Source: Spirochaetia bacterium
GTDB lineage: Bacteria > Spirochaetota > Spirochaetia > DSM-2461
Assembly (NCBI GenBank): GCA_963666985.2
Contig: CAXXIA010000002.1
Coordinates: 1,824,001-1,888,000, forward strand
Length of the DNA: 64,000 bases
Direction: 5' to 3'
Shown: in pieces, positions 1 through 11,250 of the stretch
How the letters are laid out: each line of letters starts with the position of its first letter
Position numbering within the stretch: the first letter of the stretch is position 1
Translations under genes and position numbers: made by a program
The notes under the pieces: generated by a model
What the model was told of the DNA's origin: nothing
What the model saw: only the letters and a program-made list of their open reading frames with translations
The model's database searches: none

Positions 1-1
1 A

Positions 2-2548
2 ATTGTTGCCTATTTCCATATAATAGATAAAAATTTACCTCCAACTGATCTATACACAAATTTTGAAATTTCAGAAACGGACTTTTGGGATTCTATTTAT
101 GAACTCTATAATTATGAAATAGTTGACTTATATGAAAATCAAGTTTGTAAAATCAATGATCAAATTATTGCTACTTATTATTTCTATAAAATAGTTTTCG
201 ACGAGAAATTGTTGAAAGTGGAAAGCTTTTTGTTATATTACTTCCCCAAATATTCAGAAAGAATGAGGGAAGCTATATTTCCTTCAGCTAATACTTTTGA
301 TTTTCAAAAAATATTAGATGTATTAAAGATCCCAGTTGAATCTCAATGGGATTTTCTACTTAAATCGGATGAATATGAGACCTTATACGAATTTGCAAAT
401 ACTTTTTACTTTGTAATTCCAAATAAAGTTTTAATCTATATTAATAAGATAATCGACTCAATTGATGGCGATTCAGATAAATTGATTTTTGAAACGAATT
501 ATCATGGTGTAAATGAAAAGCTATATGAACTTTTAAGAAAATTTGCAAGTTTTAATTCAGATAGCGTGAAAATCTCAATTCAGTTAGCATGTCGATATTT
601 TTTGAAATGTAATTCCAAAGCTCACGATTTCTACGAGTATTCTGTATATAGTTTTGGGTTTAATCCAAGTATAATCCATTACTCTACAGATATTCAGAAA
701 ACATTTTTTTATACTCTTTTCGATCAAGCAGAGAAAAATGATCTGCTTAATGATGTAATTGTAGTTATAGCACCACAATTCTTAAAAATGGATCATGAAA
801 ATTCATATACAGAAGGGATGCAGTATACTATTTCATTCTTTGGGCTACCTTTTAATAGAATGGTTCAAGAATTACATGAAATTATACTTAACTATTTAAG
901 TAGCTTATCTGTAGATAGATATATAATCTTTCTTGAAAGATATATAAGAAAAATGCGATCAATACATTTAAAAAATACCAAAGAATTGAAGAAAGCATTA
1001 TTATTTGACTCCGACTTTATTCTTGCCTTTGTTGAAAAAACATTCAATTTCGATGACTTAAAGTATAGTATCATTTTTAATAATTACAAAGATTTACTAG
1101 AGCTATATAAAGTCAGTAATAAAGATCTTGATTCTATTGCCGAAAAAGCATCTACAGAATTATATAAAGTGTATTTGACATTGAACATTGATAGAATTGA
1201 ACGTCGGGAACTTCGGTCCGAAGGTAAATCGTATCAAGAAATCGAAGAAATTCATAAAAATGAAATTGCGTCTGCTATAACTAATTATGAGCTTAAAGAT
1301 TTTAAAATTCTGTTTGAATACATTGAGAAAGAAATATTAAGAAATCCTGAGCAAAACAATTACTTTCTTTCATCATCTGCTGTTAAGATTTTAGAGATTC
1401 TAACAAAAAAGAAGAAACTATTTTTTGAGGTCATAGAATTTATTATGACTCAAGAGAATAATCTCAAAATCTCCTTCCATTCTATACCATATATTTTTAT
1501 TAAGGAAAATCCATCTAACCATCTAGAGTTATATAATTTAATTAAAGATAAGCAGTACTACAACAATCATCAATGGATATATAGCTTTTTCTCAGCACTA
1601 CCAGAATCACAAATTTCTGAGTTCTATTATAATGAATTTGAAACTTTTCTAAATAGTATAGTTGTAAACTGGAATATTTTTTTTGATTGTATTATCAAAT
1701 TTGACAATTTTAAAAAGGGATCATTTATAAAGTTTATGACATTACTATATGAAAACAGGTTAACCAATAATATTAGCTTCTCAATAATTCTAAACCCATA
1801 TTCAGACTATAGAAAAAATATTTTCTCCTTATTTGAAGAAGATGAAAGTTTATTTGAAAGTATATATCTTTATGAAATACAAAGAGATGCATCTGAAGAT
1901 CTTGATGGCTTCTTTATTAAACATTTTCTTATGAAGGATCCCAACTTCATTGTTAAATACTTGGATACCATTTATTCTAAAGATATTCATATTTCAGATT
2001 ATATAAGTCATTCTGATCTATCTAGTGTTTGGGAATTAGATAATTATTATGATATTATGGATATAGCAACTAATTTCATATTATCTAAAGACTCCTTTAT
2101 AATGGATAGTTGCTTTCTTAACGTCTTTTTTGAACCAAAGAATACTAATAATAAAAACATAGAGAATATAAAAAGTAAGCAAATCAATTTCTTAAATATG
2201 TATATAGAATCGAACTATACAAAATTCAAATCTATTAATTTAATATTTAAACCAATCAAAAAGTTCTTTTGGGATATAATGCCTGATTTTGCATTTTCTT
2301 TTTTGGAAAAATCGAACTCTATCGAAGCAATAAAATCAATAAGTTTTAACTATGAGATGTATTCTGGAGGAGATACATTTCTTCCAGTATTCAATAAAAT
2401 GCTTTCTTTTTGGGAAGAATTGCGTTTAAAGCTTGATGATCTTAAGTTTATTGAAATCAGAGAATTTGTCATTGAACAAATTGATAATTGGAGAGAACAA
2501 ATTTCAAGTGAGAAGAAAAAACAATTTATAGGACATTTATATTATTGA
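2..2548 (+). CDS. C-terminal part of a large AT-rich cassette protein, 5' end outside the window; possibly the helical region of a STAND-type NTPase
   Basis: Frame is open from base 2 into the 779-aa ORF; no catalytic motif visible; ends before the first attC. Confidence 0.6.
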   Translation: MVAYFHIIDKNLPPTDLYTNFEISETDFWDSIYELYNYEIVDLYENQVCKINDQIIATYYFYKIVFDEKLLKVESFLLYYFPKYSERMREAIFPSANTFDFQKILDVLKIPVESQWDFLLKSDEYETLYEFANTFYFVIPNKVLIYINKIIDSIDGDSDKLIFETNYHGVNEKLYELLRKFASFNSDSVKISIQLACRYFLKCNSKAHDFYEYSVYSFGFNPSIIHYSTDIQKTFFYTLFDQAEKNDLLNDVIVVIAPQFLKMDHENSYTEGMQYTISFFGLPFNRMVQELHEIILNYLSSLSVDRYIIFLERYIRKMRSIHLKNTKELKKALLFDSDFILAFVEKTFNFDDLKYSIIFNNYKDLLELYKVSNKDLDSIAEKASTELYKVYLTLNIDRIERRELRSEGKSYQEIEEIHKNEIASAITNYELKDFKILFEYIEKEILRNPEQNNYFLSSSAVKILEILTKKKKLFFEVIEFIMTQENNLKISFHSIPYIFIKENPSNHLELYNLIKDKQYYNNHQWIYSFFSALPESQISEFYYNEFETFLNSIVVNWNIFFDCIIKFDNFKKGSFIKFMTLLYENRLTNNISFSIILNPYSDYRKNIFSLFEEDESLFESIYLYEIQRDASEDLDGFFIKHFLMKDPNFIVKYLDTIYSKDIHISDYISHSDLSSVWELDNYYDIMDIATNFILSKDSFIMDSCFLNVFFEPKNTNNKNIENIKSKQINFLNMYIESNYTKFKSINLIFKPIKKFFWDIMPDFAFSFLEKSNSIEAIKSISFNYEMYSGGDTFLPVFNKMLSFWEELRLKLDDLKFIEIREFVIEQIDNWREQISSEKKKQFIGHLYY

Positions 2549-2719
2549 AAAGGTGGGTGTAAATGAAAAACTGCCGTAGAACTAACAAATGAAACTGACA
2601 AAAAATGCAGCTAATGCGGGCTTCAAATCAATTAAAAACGGATATAAAAAGAGAATCAAAGTTTTCAAGCTCGCCATCCGTGGCTCACTTGAAAAGAAAA
2701 AAAGGGGCAGGGCAATTGC

Positions 2720-2929
2720 ACTTAACAGCTGTTGATGCGCTCCGGCGGTAACGAGGTTACCGCCTCCGGGGCTTCGCCCAAATTTCGCTTTGGCGATGGT
2801 TCTTGCGGATGCGTTCCTGCAAGTTGTGTGATAGGCTCAAATACGAACAGGCTTTCTGCTGAAGTGCAAGAACGCATGCCAACCGGCTACGCCGGACGCG
2901 AAACTTCGCATACCAGCGGAACGTTTTAC
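2720..2929 (+). repeat. attC site 1
   Basis: AAC 2724, GTT 2923, conserved arms. Confidence 0.9.
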
Positions 2930-3100
2930 GAAAAAATCCAAAGGCAATTTACCGTGGCGGCGTCCGTGCCGCCACGAATAGTTTGATGTAATTAAAAAAG
3001 AATTATTTAAAGTTAAGAGAATTCGAAAAATAACGCCCGCATAACCTGTTTTTGCGAAGCAAAAAATCTGGTTCATGCGTTTGTTATACAGCACTTTTTC

Positions 3101-6100
3101 CTACATGAAATATCGAAAATCATATGCTTGATCATATATTGCTTCTTCCTGTTTTGCCATTCTGGAAAGGACTTTTGCAAAATCAAGTGTTACTGGCAAA
3201 GTTTTATATAAACTATCCCCGCTATTCCAGTTCATCTTGGATAGCATTAGGATCTCTTTTGCAAGAATATCACCAGATGCTTTACCATAGAATCTCTGTA
3301 TGATAAGGGGAACAGGTATTCCTCTTCCGCCTTTGTAATAATTTAATCTGCCTTTTAATTCATCTTGAATTACACATCCATGTGTCCATAAGAGGAAAGT
3401 GTCTGAAGTTAACGAAATCACCGTCCCTCTTTTAATTGCGAAATTTTCAGGGCCACTTTTGATATTGTTATTAAATCGGATTGCTCGCCACGAACAATAC
3501 TCTTGGATTTGAAGTAATTCTATATCATCGATTCCCTCTAAAGCCTGTGTAAATCCAGTAATTTCTTCACGAGTAAAAGGTGTTGTTTTATGAACAACAA
3601 TACGGTTTAGTTTGGCTGTTGGATCACATTTATAATATTGTTCCCGAAGAGAGCTCATCATGGCACGTGCTTCATCTTTCTTCATGAAAGGGTTTTTCCC
3701 AAAATAGCCCGGATCATCTATTTTTCGTAATAATAAACGTATTCCAGTACCTGTAGAGTCAAAAAGTTGACTACAGCCAATACAAATTCCTTTTGATTTT
3801 GATTGAGCATAACTAACACCAACAAACGCCGTTGAATCATTAAGGGTAACAGGTTGCCAAAGAGAACCGGAAGCTTTTGCATATAAACTTGTGGACAATC
3901 CCCAGCGGACTTTGCATGGGTCATAATATTTTATAGATTTATCCTCAATAAACTGAAGCTTTACAGATTTATCTGTTGCATATAATTTTAATGCGTCATG
4001 CAAATTGAAATCATCGTTAGGATCATCACTTTCACGAAATCCAGAAAAGATTGACGGTATATAAATGACAGCAATATCGAAGTTATGACAAGTTGATATT
4101 TTATCAATAAATGATTTCATCAGATCTAAGAAAGCAGCTATATTCAAGATTTTTGCTTTATCTTGATCGTATGTAATAACATAAGAGGTATCGTCTTCCG
4201 AAGGAATTAATATCCCTCGTTTATATACCTGTTCAAAGCCATTGAATAATTGCAGAAACCCATCTTTCTGATTCTTGGGAGAGTGCTTTTGATTGAGAGA
4301 ATTTAGGTGAGATAGTATTTTAGTAATTTGCTGTTTCGGTGAAATAATCAAAAGTTTAATGGAATCTCGTATTAATTTATCCTTTGAGTATGAGTAATCA
4401 ATTGGTCCAAATTTATTGATTCCGAGAAGTTGATTAATGGCTGTGTGTGTCTTATCTTTTACATCGAAAAGCATTTGTGGTTCATCAAATTGATATGCAT
4501 TCAACGATGGCCATTCAGGTTTTCTGTTTATTCCACCACAACTCATGAAAACACTAATAAAGTTTAGTGTAGATCTATTATAACTGAATGAAATAGTTTG
4601 CTCATTATTCTTTTTTAACTTCTTATTCCAGTATTTTAATTTTTCATCATACTGTTTGTTGTATATGCCAGACATTATTTTATTTATAATTTGTTGCTTT
4701 GTAAGTTTATCAACATCAGTTCCGTTAATATGTTGAAGAAAAACAGTTGGCACAATAGAAAGGTAATAATTTCCATTGTAGACTGATAAAGCAATTTCGA
4801 ATCCATCATTTACGTTGTAATTATTTTCATATACATCTTTTTTACTTGGATCATAATATTTATTTTTTCCAAAAGAGATTAATCCTAATTTATTTACAAG
4901 GTGAGTCTTTATTAGCTCATAAAGCATGCCTGTATAAATAGAATCATGTTTATATAATATTTTGTTTGGAATTACTTCTTCACTTATTTCGGATAAAATA
5001 TGCTTCTTGAATACATCTTGAATCCTTTCTTCAATACCGAAACAATAGATTCTGCTCGAAAAAAGGGCAGCGATTATATCATTCTCACCAATAACTTCTT
5101 TTAATTCCTTCCATGAAGTGATATCGGTATCAAAGACTTTGCACTGTGGAAGGCCCGTAGATAAAAATGTATTTGTTTTTATAAAAGAATCTATTTGCTG
5201 ATTGGAGAATGACAAAGGCATCTTTCTCTTAGGAAAATCTATCCAACGATCTTCTATTTGTGCATTAGGTTTATCCTGCATCTTATAGCATTGATACATA
5301 AACTCATCAAACCCAGGTATTTCAACGACACAAGATGATTCGGAGATTGTGCATGCGCTCTCCATTAAAGTAGAAACTCTATCTGATAGATCACTCCCTA
5401 TTGGAATCATCCATACAAGACCATATTTTAGGAAATCCTCTTCACCAATATGTTCTTCAATGACTTTCATAATTGATTCGTCACAACCGGAATAACCAAT
5501 AAAAACAAGACCTGTTCCATATAAACGGCTTTTAAATTGCATTTGCATAGAATTTTCAAGATCTTTCAGCTCAGTAGAAGTGTTTTTTATTTTGTCATAT
5601 CTATAATCCCCATGTAATTTAAAAATAGAAGGAAACGATCTATCAACACAATTTTGAATCCCGTCTTTATTTGCCGAACTAAAAACAGTAAAGCTATGTT
5701 CAGGGCGAATTGTTTTTATTCCGGATTCTATTAATTCATCAAAATTCGTTGTCCAAATGTTCTGTATCTTTTTACCTATAAACAGTTCGGCCAAGCATAA
5801 ATGACCTAATGACGGTGCGATATCTCTGACTTTATATTGTACAAATTGTTCCCTTGCTACGCTAGTTGTATGGCATAATTCAAAGTAGTGGGAATATTCA
5901 TTTGATTCATAAAGTGAGGGGTGTCTGCCTTGTGAATCAAAATATTTCTGCAATTTCAGCTGTGCTGTTTTTGATTGTAGGTCTCTGAATTCTTCTTTTG
6001 AAGTACCAGTTTCAGTACAATAAATATTTCGTTTGAATTCCCAGGTTAATCCACCACCTGTTGGTATTCCTGCTTGAGCTGATGAGCCTGAACCAAGAAA

Positions 6101-6172
6101 GATATCTATACACCCATCATTCATAACGTTGAAATTGCGTAAAAATGTAGGCATATCATTCTTTCTTATCAT
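3101..6172 (-). CDS. SIR2-like NADase fused to prokaryotic Argonaute (fused SPARSA type, PIWI probably inactive)
   Basis: FLGSGSS, WTTNFD, KLHGDY and FIGYSG SIR2 motifs; C-terminal MID-PIWI motifs (FVGVSY, RIVVHK, LSKMNWNS, LPVTL) with catalytic Asp positions substituted. Confidence 0.9.
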   Translation of the reverse strand: MIRKNDMPTFLRNFNVMNDGCIDIFLGSGSSAQAGIPTGGGLTWEFKRNIYCTETGTSKEEFRDLQSKTAQLKLQKYFDSQGRHPSLYESNEYSHYFELCHTTSVAREQFVQYKVRDIAPSLGHLCLAELFIGKKIQNIWTTNFDELIESGIKTIRPEHSFTVFSSANKDGIQNCVDRSFPSIFKLHGDYRYDKIKNTSTELKDLENSMQMQFKSRLYGTGLVFIGYSGCDESIMKVIEEHIGEEDFLKYGLVWMIPIGSDLSDRVSTLMESACTISESSCVVEIPGFDEFMYQCYKMQDKPNAQIEDRWIDFPKRKMPLSFSNQQIDSFIKTNTFLSTGLPQCKVFDTDITSWKELKEVIGENDIIAALFSSRIYCFGIEERIQDVFKKHILSEISEEVIPNKILYKHDSIYTGMLYELIKTHLVNKLGLISFGKNKYYDPSKKDVYENNYNVNDGFEIALSVYNGNYYLSIVPTVFLQHINGTDVDKLTKQQIINKIMSGIYNKQYDEKLKYWNKKLKKNNEQTISFSYNRSTLNFISVFMSCGGINRKPEWPSLNAYQFDEPQMLFDVKDKTHTAINQLLGINKFGPIDYSYSKDKLIRDSIKLLIISPKQQITKILSHLNSLNQKHSPKNQKDGFLQLFNGFEQVYKRGILIPSEDDTSYVITYDQDKAKILNIAAFLDLMKSFIDKISTCHNFDIAVIYIPSIFSGFRESDDPNDDFNLHDALKLYATDKSVKLQFIEDKSIKYYDPCKVRWGLSTSLYAKASGSLWQPVTLNDSTAFVGVSYAQSKSKGICIGCSQLFDSTGTGIRLLLRKIDDPGYFGKNPFMKKDEARAMMSSLREQYYKCDPTAKLNRIVVHKTTPFTREEITGFTQALEGIDDIELLQIQEYCSWRAIRFNNNIKSGPENFAIKRGTVISLTSDTFLLWTHGCVIQDELKGRLNYYKGGRGIPVPLIIQRFYGKASGDILAKEILMLSKMNWNSGDSLYKTLPVTLDFAKVLSRMAKQEEAIYDQAYDFRYFM

Positions 6173-6189
6173 ATAACAACCCTCTATCC

Positions 6190-6669
6190 TTATAACTCCA
6201 TCAAATCATTCCAATTATTCCGTAGGTACAATTCAATTCCTCTTCCAGGAGCATATTGCGGGTATTTTTCGAGAAAACTGTTCTTGGCATTTATATAACT
6301 GGTATTTGAAATTTCATTTTTTCTTGCAAGATAAACAAGACCGATTGAAGGAGATCGTGAAAAACCTTGATTGCAGTGGATAAGAATCGGTTTCACTGAT
6401 AAGTATTTCTCAATAAAATCAAAGGATGATTTCATAATTGGATGAGTAAATTTAGGAAGAAACTCTCTTTCCATATCTACCATATTTAGATAAAGATGAT
6501 CGGTTGTCACAAAAACAAGATAGTTTGGATGCGTCGAAGACAAATTCCCTCTATAACCAACACCTTTCTGATGACATGTTTTACAAGCATGTATTATTGC
6601 GATATCTGAACGGTTATTTAAACAATCTGAATCATCACCAATATAAATATTGTAATTAATTTTGGTCAT
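6190..6669 (-). CDS. Dual-specificity/PTP-like phosphatase
   Basis: IHCNQGFSRS matches HCxxGxxRS; ends 17 bp upstream of the Argonaute gene. Confidence 0.8.
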   Translation of the reverse strand: MTKINYNIYIGDDSDCLNNRSDIAIIHACKTCHQKGVGYRGNLSSTHPNYLVFVTTDHLYLNMVDMEREFLPKFTHPIMKSSFDFIEKYLSVKPILIHCNQGFSRSPSIGLVYLARKNEISNTSYINAKNSFLEKYPQYAPGRGIELYLRNNWNDLMEL

Positions 6670-6939
6670 ACTCCATCCTTTATTCAATAAACTTATATCT
6701 CTTTCTTTTCCCTCTGAATGAATTTTTCAAAGATTCTGTCCGTATGACATTATATATTATGTACTTTGTCGATAATTCGTAAAATCTGTATAAAATTGTG
6801 CAAAAATGTCATATAAGGAGAATATCAAGTATAAATTATGTAGTAAACTGTTAAGTGAATTAGAGTTCATACTAAGTCCATCAGAATCACGTCCTGTGAT
6901 TCTGATGCATTTTTTATTGGCTCTTGGCTGGATTTCATC

Positions 6940-7076
6940 GTAAAACAGATGTTATGAGGTTCCGGCTGGCTATCGCCAACCTTCACCCAAATTGGCTTTT
7001 GTCATGTTGTTTGCGAGGCAAACAACACGCCAACCCTCCGGGTCAGCCAACTTCTCATAACATCGGGCCGTTAAAT
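6940..7076 (+). repeat. attC site 2 (short divergent variant)
   Basis: AAC-AGATGTTATGAG ... CTCATAACATCGGGCC-GTT, with compensatory changes in both arms. Confidence 0.85.
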
Positions 7077-7205
7077 GACAAAACAAAAATTTAATTCCCC
7101 GCTGCACCGTCCTGGTGCAGCGATTCGAAAGCAAAGAATTAATATCAAATTATTGAGGCCACACGGTTTATCCTAATCGCTTTTGGTTTTTCTAAAGCAG
7201 ATTTC

Positions 7206-7234
7206 TTGTCAATACTATCAAAATGTAGTATTAT
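7206..7234 (+). promoter_or_regulatory. Sigma70-type promoter of TA cassette
   Basis: TTGTCA-17bp-TATTAT upstream of ATG 7247. Confidence 0.6.
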
Positions 7235-7246
7235 ATATGATACCAA

Positions 7247-7669
7247 ATGATTAAAACGATTGTTTTAGATACGAATGTACTTCTCTCTGGTTTGAAATCA
7301 AATCGGGGATACTCGTATAAGCTTCTTGAACAATTACCAACGAGAAGATTTGAAGTCTGTATTTCGGTTCCGTTGATTTTTGAATATGAATCGGTACTTC
7401 TCAATCATCGTAAGACAATTGGGATGACTGAAAGCGATATCAAGTCTGTCATTGATTATTTGTGCCTGATCGGTCGAAAGACGAGTATCTACTATCTTTG
7501 GCGTCCATTTCTCAAGGATCCGTTTGACGACCATGTTTTAGAAGTGGCTGTAAACTCGAAAAGTCAGCATATCGTCACTCATAACACGAAAGATTTTCAG
7601 AATGTTGAACAGTTTGGAATCAGCGTTCTGACACCGAAAGAGTTTCTGGAAAAGGAGAAGATCAAATGA
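7247..7669 (+). CDS. PIN-domain (VapC-like) toxin
   Basis: VLDTNVLLS, DPFDDHVLEVA and IVTHNTKDF motifs. Confidence 0.9.
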   Translation: MIKTIVLDTNVLLSGLKSNRGYSYKLLEQLPTRRFEVCISVPLIFEYESVLLNHRKTIGMTESDIKSVIDYLCLIGRKTSIYYLWRPFLKDPFDDHVLEVAVNSKSQHIVTHNTKDFQNVEQFGISVLTPKEFLEKEKIK

Positions 7670-7899
7670 GTTCATTGAGTGTTCGTCTTCCTGAGTCCCT
7701 TCATAATAGTCTTCGCGAAATTTCAAAGAAGGATCATGTGTCTATAAATCAATTCATCTCAAGCGCAGTTGCAGAGAAGATAACGGCTCTTGAGACAGAG
7801 AAGTATCTTGAGACTCGAGCGAAATCTGGCTCTGTGGATGCTTTCAAGGCTGTTTTGTCTAAGGTTCGAGATATTGAGCCTGATGAAGGTGATAGCTAG
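7666..7899 (+). CDS. Ribbon-helix-helix antitoxin
   Basis: LSVRLPESLH...VSINQFI; overlaps the toxin stop (ATGA). Confidence 0.85.
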   Translation: MSSLSVRLPESLHNSLREISKKDHVSINQFISSAVAEKITALETEKYLETRAKSGSVDAFKAVLSKVRDIEPDEGDS

Positions 7900-7969
7900 G
7901 GATAGGAAAGCACTTGAAGAACATCGTGTTCTCCAAGTGAATGGCAAGGTTCAAGTTCTTTATTTCGTC

Positions 7970-8180
7970 ATTTAACAGCTGTTGATGCGCTCCGGCGTCA
8001 ACTGGCGTTGCCGCCTCCGGGCCTACGGCCAAATTTCGCTTTGGCGATGGTTCTTGCAGATGCGTTCCTGAAAGTGGTGTGATAAGCTGACGAGTGAACA
8101 GGCTTTCTGTTGAAGTGCAAGAACGCATGCCAACCGGCTTCGCCGGACACGAAACTTCGCATACCAGCGGGCCGTTTGAT
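7970..8180 (+). repeat. attC site 3
   Basis: AAC 7974, GTT 8174. Confidence 0.9.
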
Positions 8181-8417
8181 GACAGAATTAATTTAGGAAA
8201 GAGTTTTTCTCATTTTTTAAAAGAAGAGGAGGCAATTTCTCTCACAAATATCAATTTAAATTCGTGAAAAGCTCTGAAAGTTTTTTGAGAAAAATCAAAG
8301 TGCTCCAGTTGTCAAGGTTGATTTTCCTGATATGAGTCTTGTTCAGTTGAATAAGAACAAGAGAGCCTTTTCACGGTGTTTGATCTTTATGGGCTTTGCT
8401 TAATTCCGTCATCAAAC
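8174..8417 (+). other. Short ORF-less cassette, type S, copy 1
   Basis: About 240 bp; ends GTTTGATGAC/GTCATCAAAC; nested inverted repeats; near-identical to 9905-10147. Confidence 0.8.
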
Positions 8418-8679
8418 AGCTGTTGATACGCTCCGGCCGCTAAATCTCTTTAGCGGCCTTCGGGCCGAGAAGAGGGTTTAGTTTTAGTGTTATGACATTT
8501 GCTAAGAGGAAATGAGATTGAAACGGCTCGGCCAAATTTCGCTTTGGCTGCTTTTGTAGAGATGTTTTGGTTCGTAATCTGTGGTAATGTTAAAAGCGAG
8601 CGGAGGTTTTGGTAATTCCGTGGGGCAGCCAACCGGCTACGCCGGACGCGAAACTTCGTATAACAGCGGAACGTTTGAT
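8411..8679 (+). repeat. attC site 4 (long variant)
   Basis: AAC 8415, GTT 8673. Confidence 0.9.
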
Positions 8680-8701
8680 GAACAACACAAAAGGGAATTA
8701 C

Positions 8702-9679
8702 ATGAGAAATATTGCTATCTTAGTCTTCGGTCTTTTAGTTTTTTTTAGTTGCACTACAACTGATTTGGGGAATATATCTAGTCGTAATGAGCAAAGTATA
8801 ACACAAGAAGAAGCAACTGAAATAAATGTTGGTACATATTCTCCTTGTGAAGACTTCTTGATGAAAAATAGAATAGAGGGCTTAAGGATAGATAAAATTG
8901 AACGAGAAATTAACTATAATGGTAGAATTGATAATATTGATATCACATACAACTACAATTCAAATGGTAGAATTGAATCGATCTTTCGTCTGAATACATC
9001 TGGCGAATTGAGTTATTCAGTGAATGCTAATCTTTATTATTATTCCAACACAGATGAATTGGTTGGTTGGACAACTTTTAATATACTTGATGTTGATGAA
9101 AGAAATATAAATTTTGATAGCATATCAGATGAAGAATTACCGGTAAATCTTCAATACATTATTACGGCTATAATAGATAGTAATTCAAGTGATGTAATTT
9201 ACAATTTTAGCAAACTTAATGAGAATCATAACTGGACTAGACCAATTAATAAAAATCAATTTTATCAACTAGACTATCATGTTTATTCAATTGAAGAAAA
9301 TCAGAATGCTATCGAAGAAACAACGTTCTTGTTTAGAGACAATATTTACTCATATTCAATTCCAGTTCTTGCAGGAGAGAATAATTATGTTCCAGCAGAA
9401 ATAGTAGAAATAAATTCTACAAGCAATTCTGAGCAAATAGTCAATATACTTATAGGAGAGCAGTCCTACAACATTGAAAGATTAAGAAATAACGAAAATG
9501 AATTTGTATCAACTTGTAGAAATAGTAAAAACGAAGTTGTAATGATAAGAATAAATGATTTTTTTGAAGAACAAAATATTCAAACAATTCGAACAGAGAC
9601 AGCAGATGGAGTTTTTTCTATTACAGATACAATATTCTGGGACGAAGTTGATTCAAACTACTCGTTCTTTCCCTTCTAG
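8702..9679 (+). CDS. Hypothetical lipoprotein, copy 1
   Basis: MRNIAILVFGLLVFFSC lipobox; same protein as 36756-37733. Confidence 0.8.
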   Translation: MRNIAILVFGLLVFFSCTTTDLGNISSRNEQSITQEEATEINVGTYSPCEDFLMKNRIEGLRIDKIEREINYNGRIDNIDITYNYNSNGRIESIFRLNTSGELSYSVNANLYYYSNTDELVGWTTFNILDVDERNINFDSISDEELPVNLQYIITAIIDSNSSDVIYNFSKLNENHNWTRPINKNQFYQLDYHVYSIEENQNAIEETTFLFRDNIYSYSIPVLAGENNYVPAEIVEINSTSNSEQIVNILIGEQSYNIERLRNNENEFVSTCRNSKNEVVMIRINDFFEEQNIQTIRTETADGVFSITDTIFWDEVDSNYSFFPF

Positions 9680-9700
9680 CAATATAATTGAATGTTGTTC

Positions 9701-9911
9701 ATCAAACAGCTGTTGATGCGCTCCGGCGTCAACTAGCGTTGCCGCCTCCGGGGCTTCGCCCAAATTTCGTTTTGGCCATGGTTCTTGCAGATGCGTTCCT
9801 GGAAGTTGTGTGATAGGCTCAAATACGAACAGGCTTTCTGATGAAGTGCAAGAACACATGCCAACCGGCTGCGCCGGACACGAAACTTCGCATACCAGCG
9901 GAACGTTTGAT
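9701..9911 (+). repeat. attC site 5
   Basis: AAC 9705, GTT 9905; matches attC 19. Confidence 0.9.
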
Positions 9912-10147
9912 GACAGAATTAATTTAGGAAATAGTTTTTCTCATTTTTTAAAAAAAGAGAAGGCAATTCCCCTCACAAATATCAATTTAAATTCGTGAAA
10001 AGCTCTGAAAGTTTTTGAGAAAAATCAAAGTGTTCCAGTTGTCGAGGTTGATTCTCCTGATATGAGTCTTGTTCAGTTGAATAAGAACAAGAGAGCCTTT
10101 TCACGGTGTTTGATCTTTATGGGCTTTGCTTAATTCCGTCATCAAAC
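9905..10147 (+). other. Short ORF-less cassette, type S, copy 2
   Basis: Near-identical to 8174-8417. Confidence 0.8.
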
Positions 10148-10410
10148 AGCTGTTGATACGCTCCGGCCGCTAAATCTCTTTAGCGGCCTTCGGGCCGAGA
10201 AGATGGTTATTAGTTGAGTGTTATGATATTTGCAAAGAGGAAATGAGATTGAAACGGCTCGGCCAAATTTCGCTTTGGCTGCTTTTGTTGAGATGTTTTG
10301 GTTCGTAATCTGTGGTAATGTTAAAAGCGAGCGGAGGTTCTGGTAATTCCGTGGGGCAGCCAACCGGCTCCGCCGGACGCGAAACTTCGCATACCAGCGG
10401 AACGTTAAAG
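10141..10410 (+). repeat. attC site 6 (long variant)
   Basis: AAC 10145, GTT 10404; close to attC 4. Confidence 0.9.
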
Positions 10411-11250
10411 GAAATTCGGACGACGGAATAAAAAGGGTCTCTTTTTTGAAGTGTTTTTCTATGGCAGGCCTTTCCCCTTCATTTGAACAAGTAACAGAAA
10501 CAGAATCCCTTTGAGTGGTCAGATCTTTTTAACAGGCCTTCCTTCTCTTTGAACGAAACAGGTCGTTTTGATGCGGCTTTCTCCTCACCCCCCTGCGCCT
10601 TTGAGATCATCTTCAAGAAAAAAGCCAAAAGCATCGGAATAAAACTCGCTTCGGGATCAGAAGCACTTAGTGATAAGGCGGTCGGTTCGGGAGAACTTGT
10701 GTCGTGAAGGTTTATGGTATTTAACGATAATGGGAATCGCTCATGAGAAAATCCTTATCCGTTGATGGTTATCGCTTCGGGAAATGAGGCGCTTCCGGTT
10801 TGATCGGTTCGCGAGAAAAGGGGTGGTAGCCAGAGAAAAATGAAGGGATGGAGATGAGAAGAATGGAGATTGTTTTCTCCGTGGTTTTGCCTTTGAGAAG
10901 AAGGCTGAATGCTTTAAGAGAATACCGGTGTAGAAGGAGAAGACGAACATTCTGATTTACAGAATCCGTCCTGAGAGAAAGAGGTCGGGAAAGGCGAATT
11001 GCATCGGATGATGGCCTGAGTAAAGTGATGAGGCGATGAAAGGGAGAATCGGGGTCAGTATGAGAGAATGGATAAGAGATTCCGTTAAATGAGTAAAAAG
11101 CGGAAGAGGGAAGTCTGTAAAAGGATGAATGAAGAAAAGATGAGAAGGAGAAGGGCAAGAAGAATCGAAACAAAGTGTCAGGTAAAACGGCGAGGAGGGG
11201 TGAGGAGAAGGAGATGTCTTTATAGATGCGTCGTCCGAACTTCCTTTAAC
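10404..11250 (+). other. Long ORF-less cassette, type L, copy 1 (candidate ncRNA)
   Basis: About 845 bp; roughly 21-bp complementary ends; no ORF conserved among copies. Confidence 0.75.

Noticed and set aside
3101..6172. Catalytically active long Argonaute
   Set aside because: PIWI catalytic positions are substituted and the N-terminus is SIR2-like.
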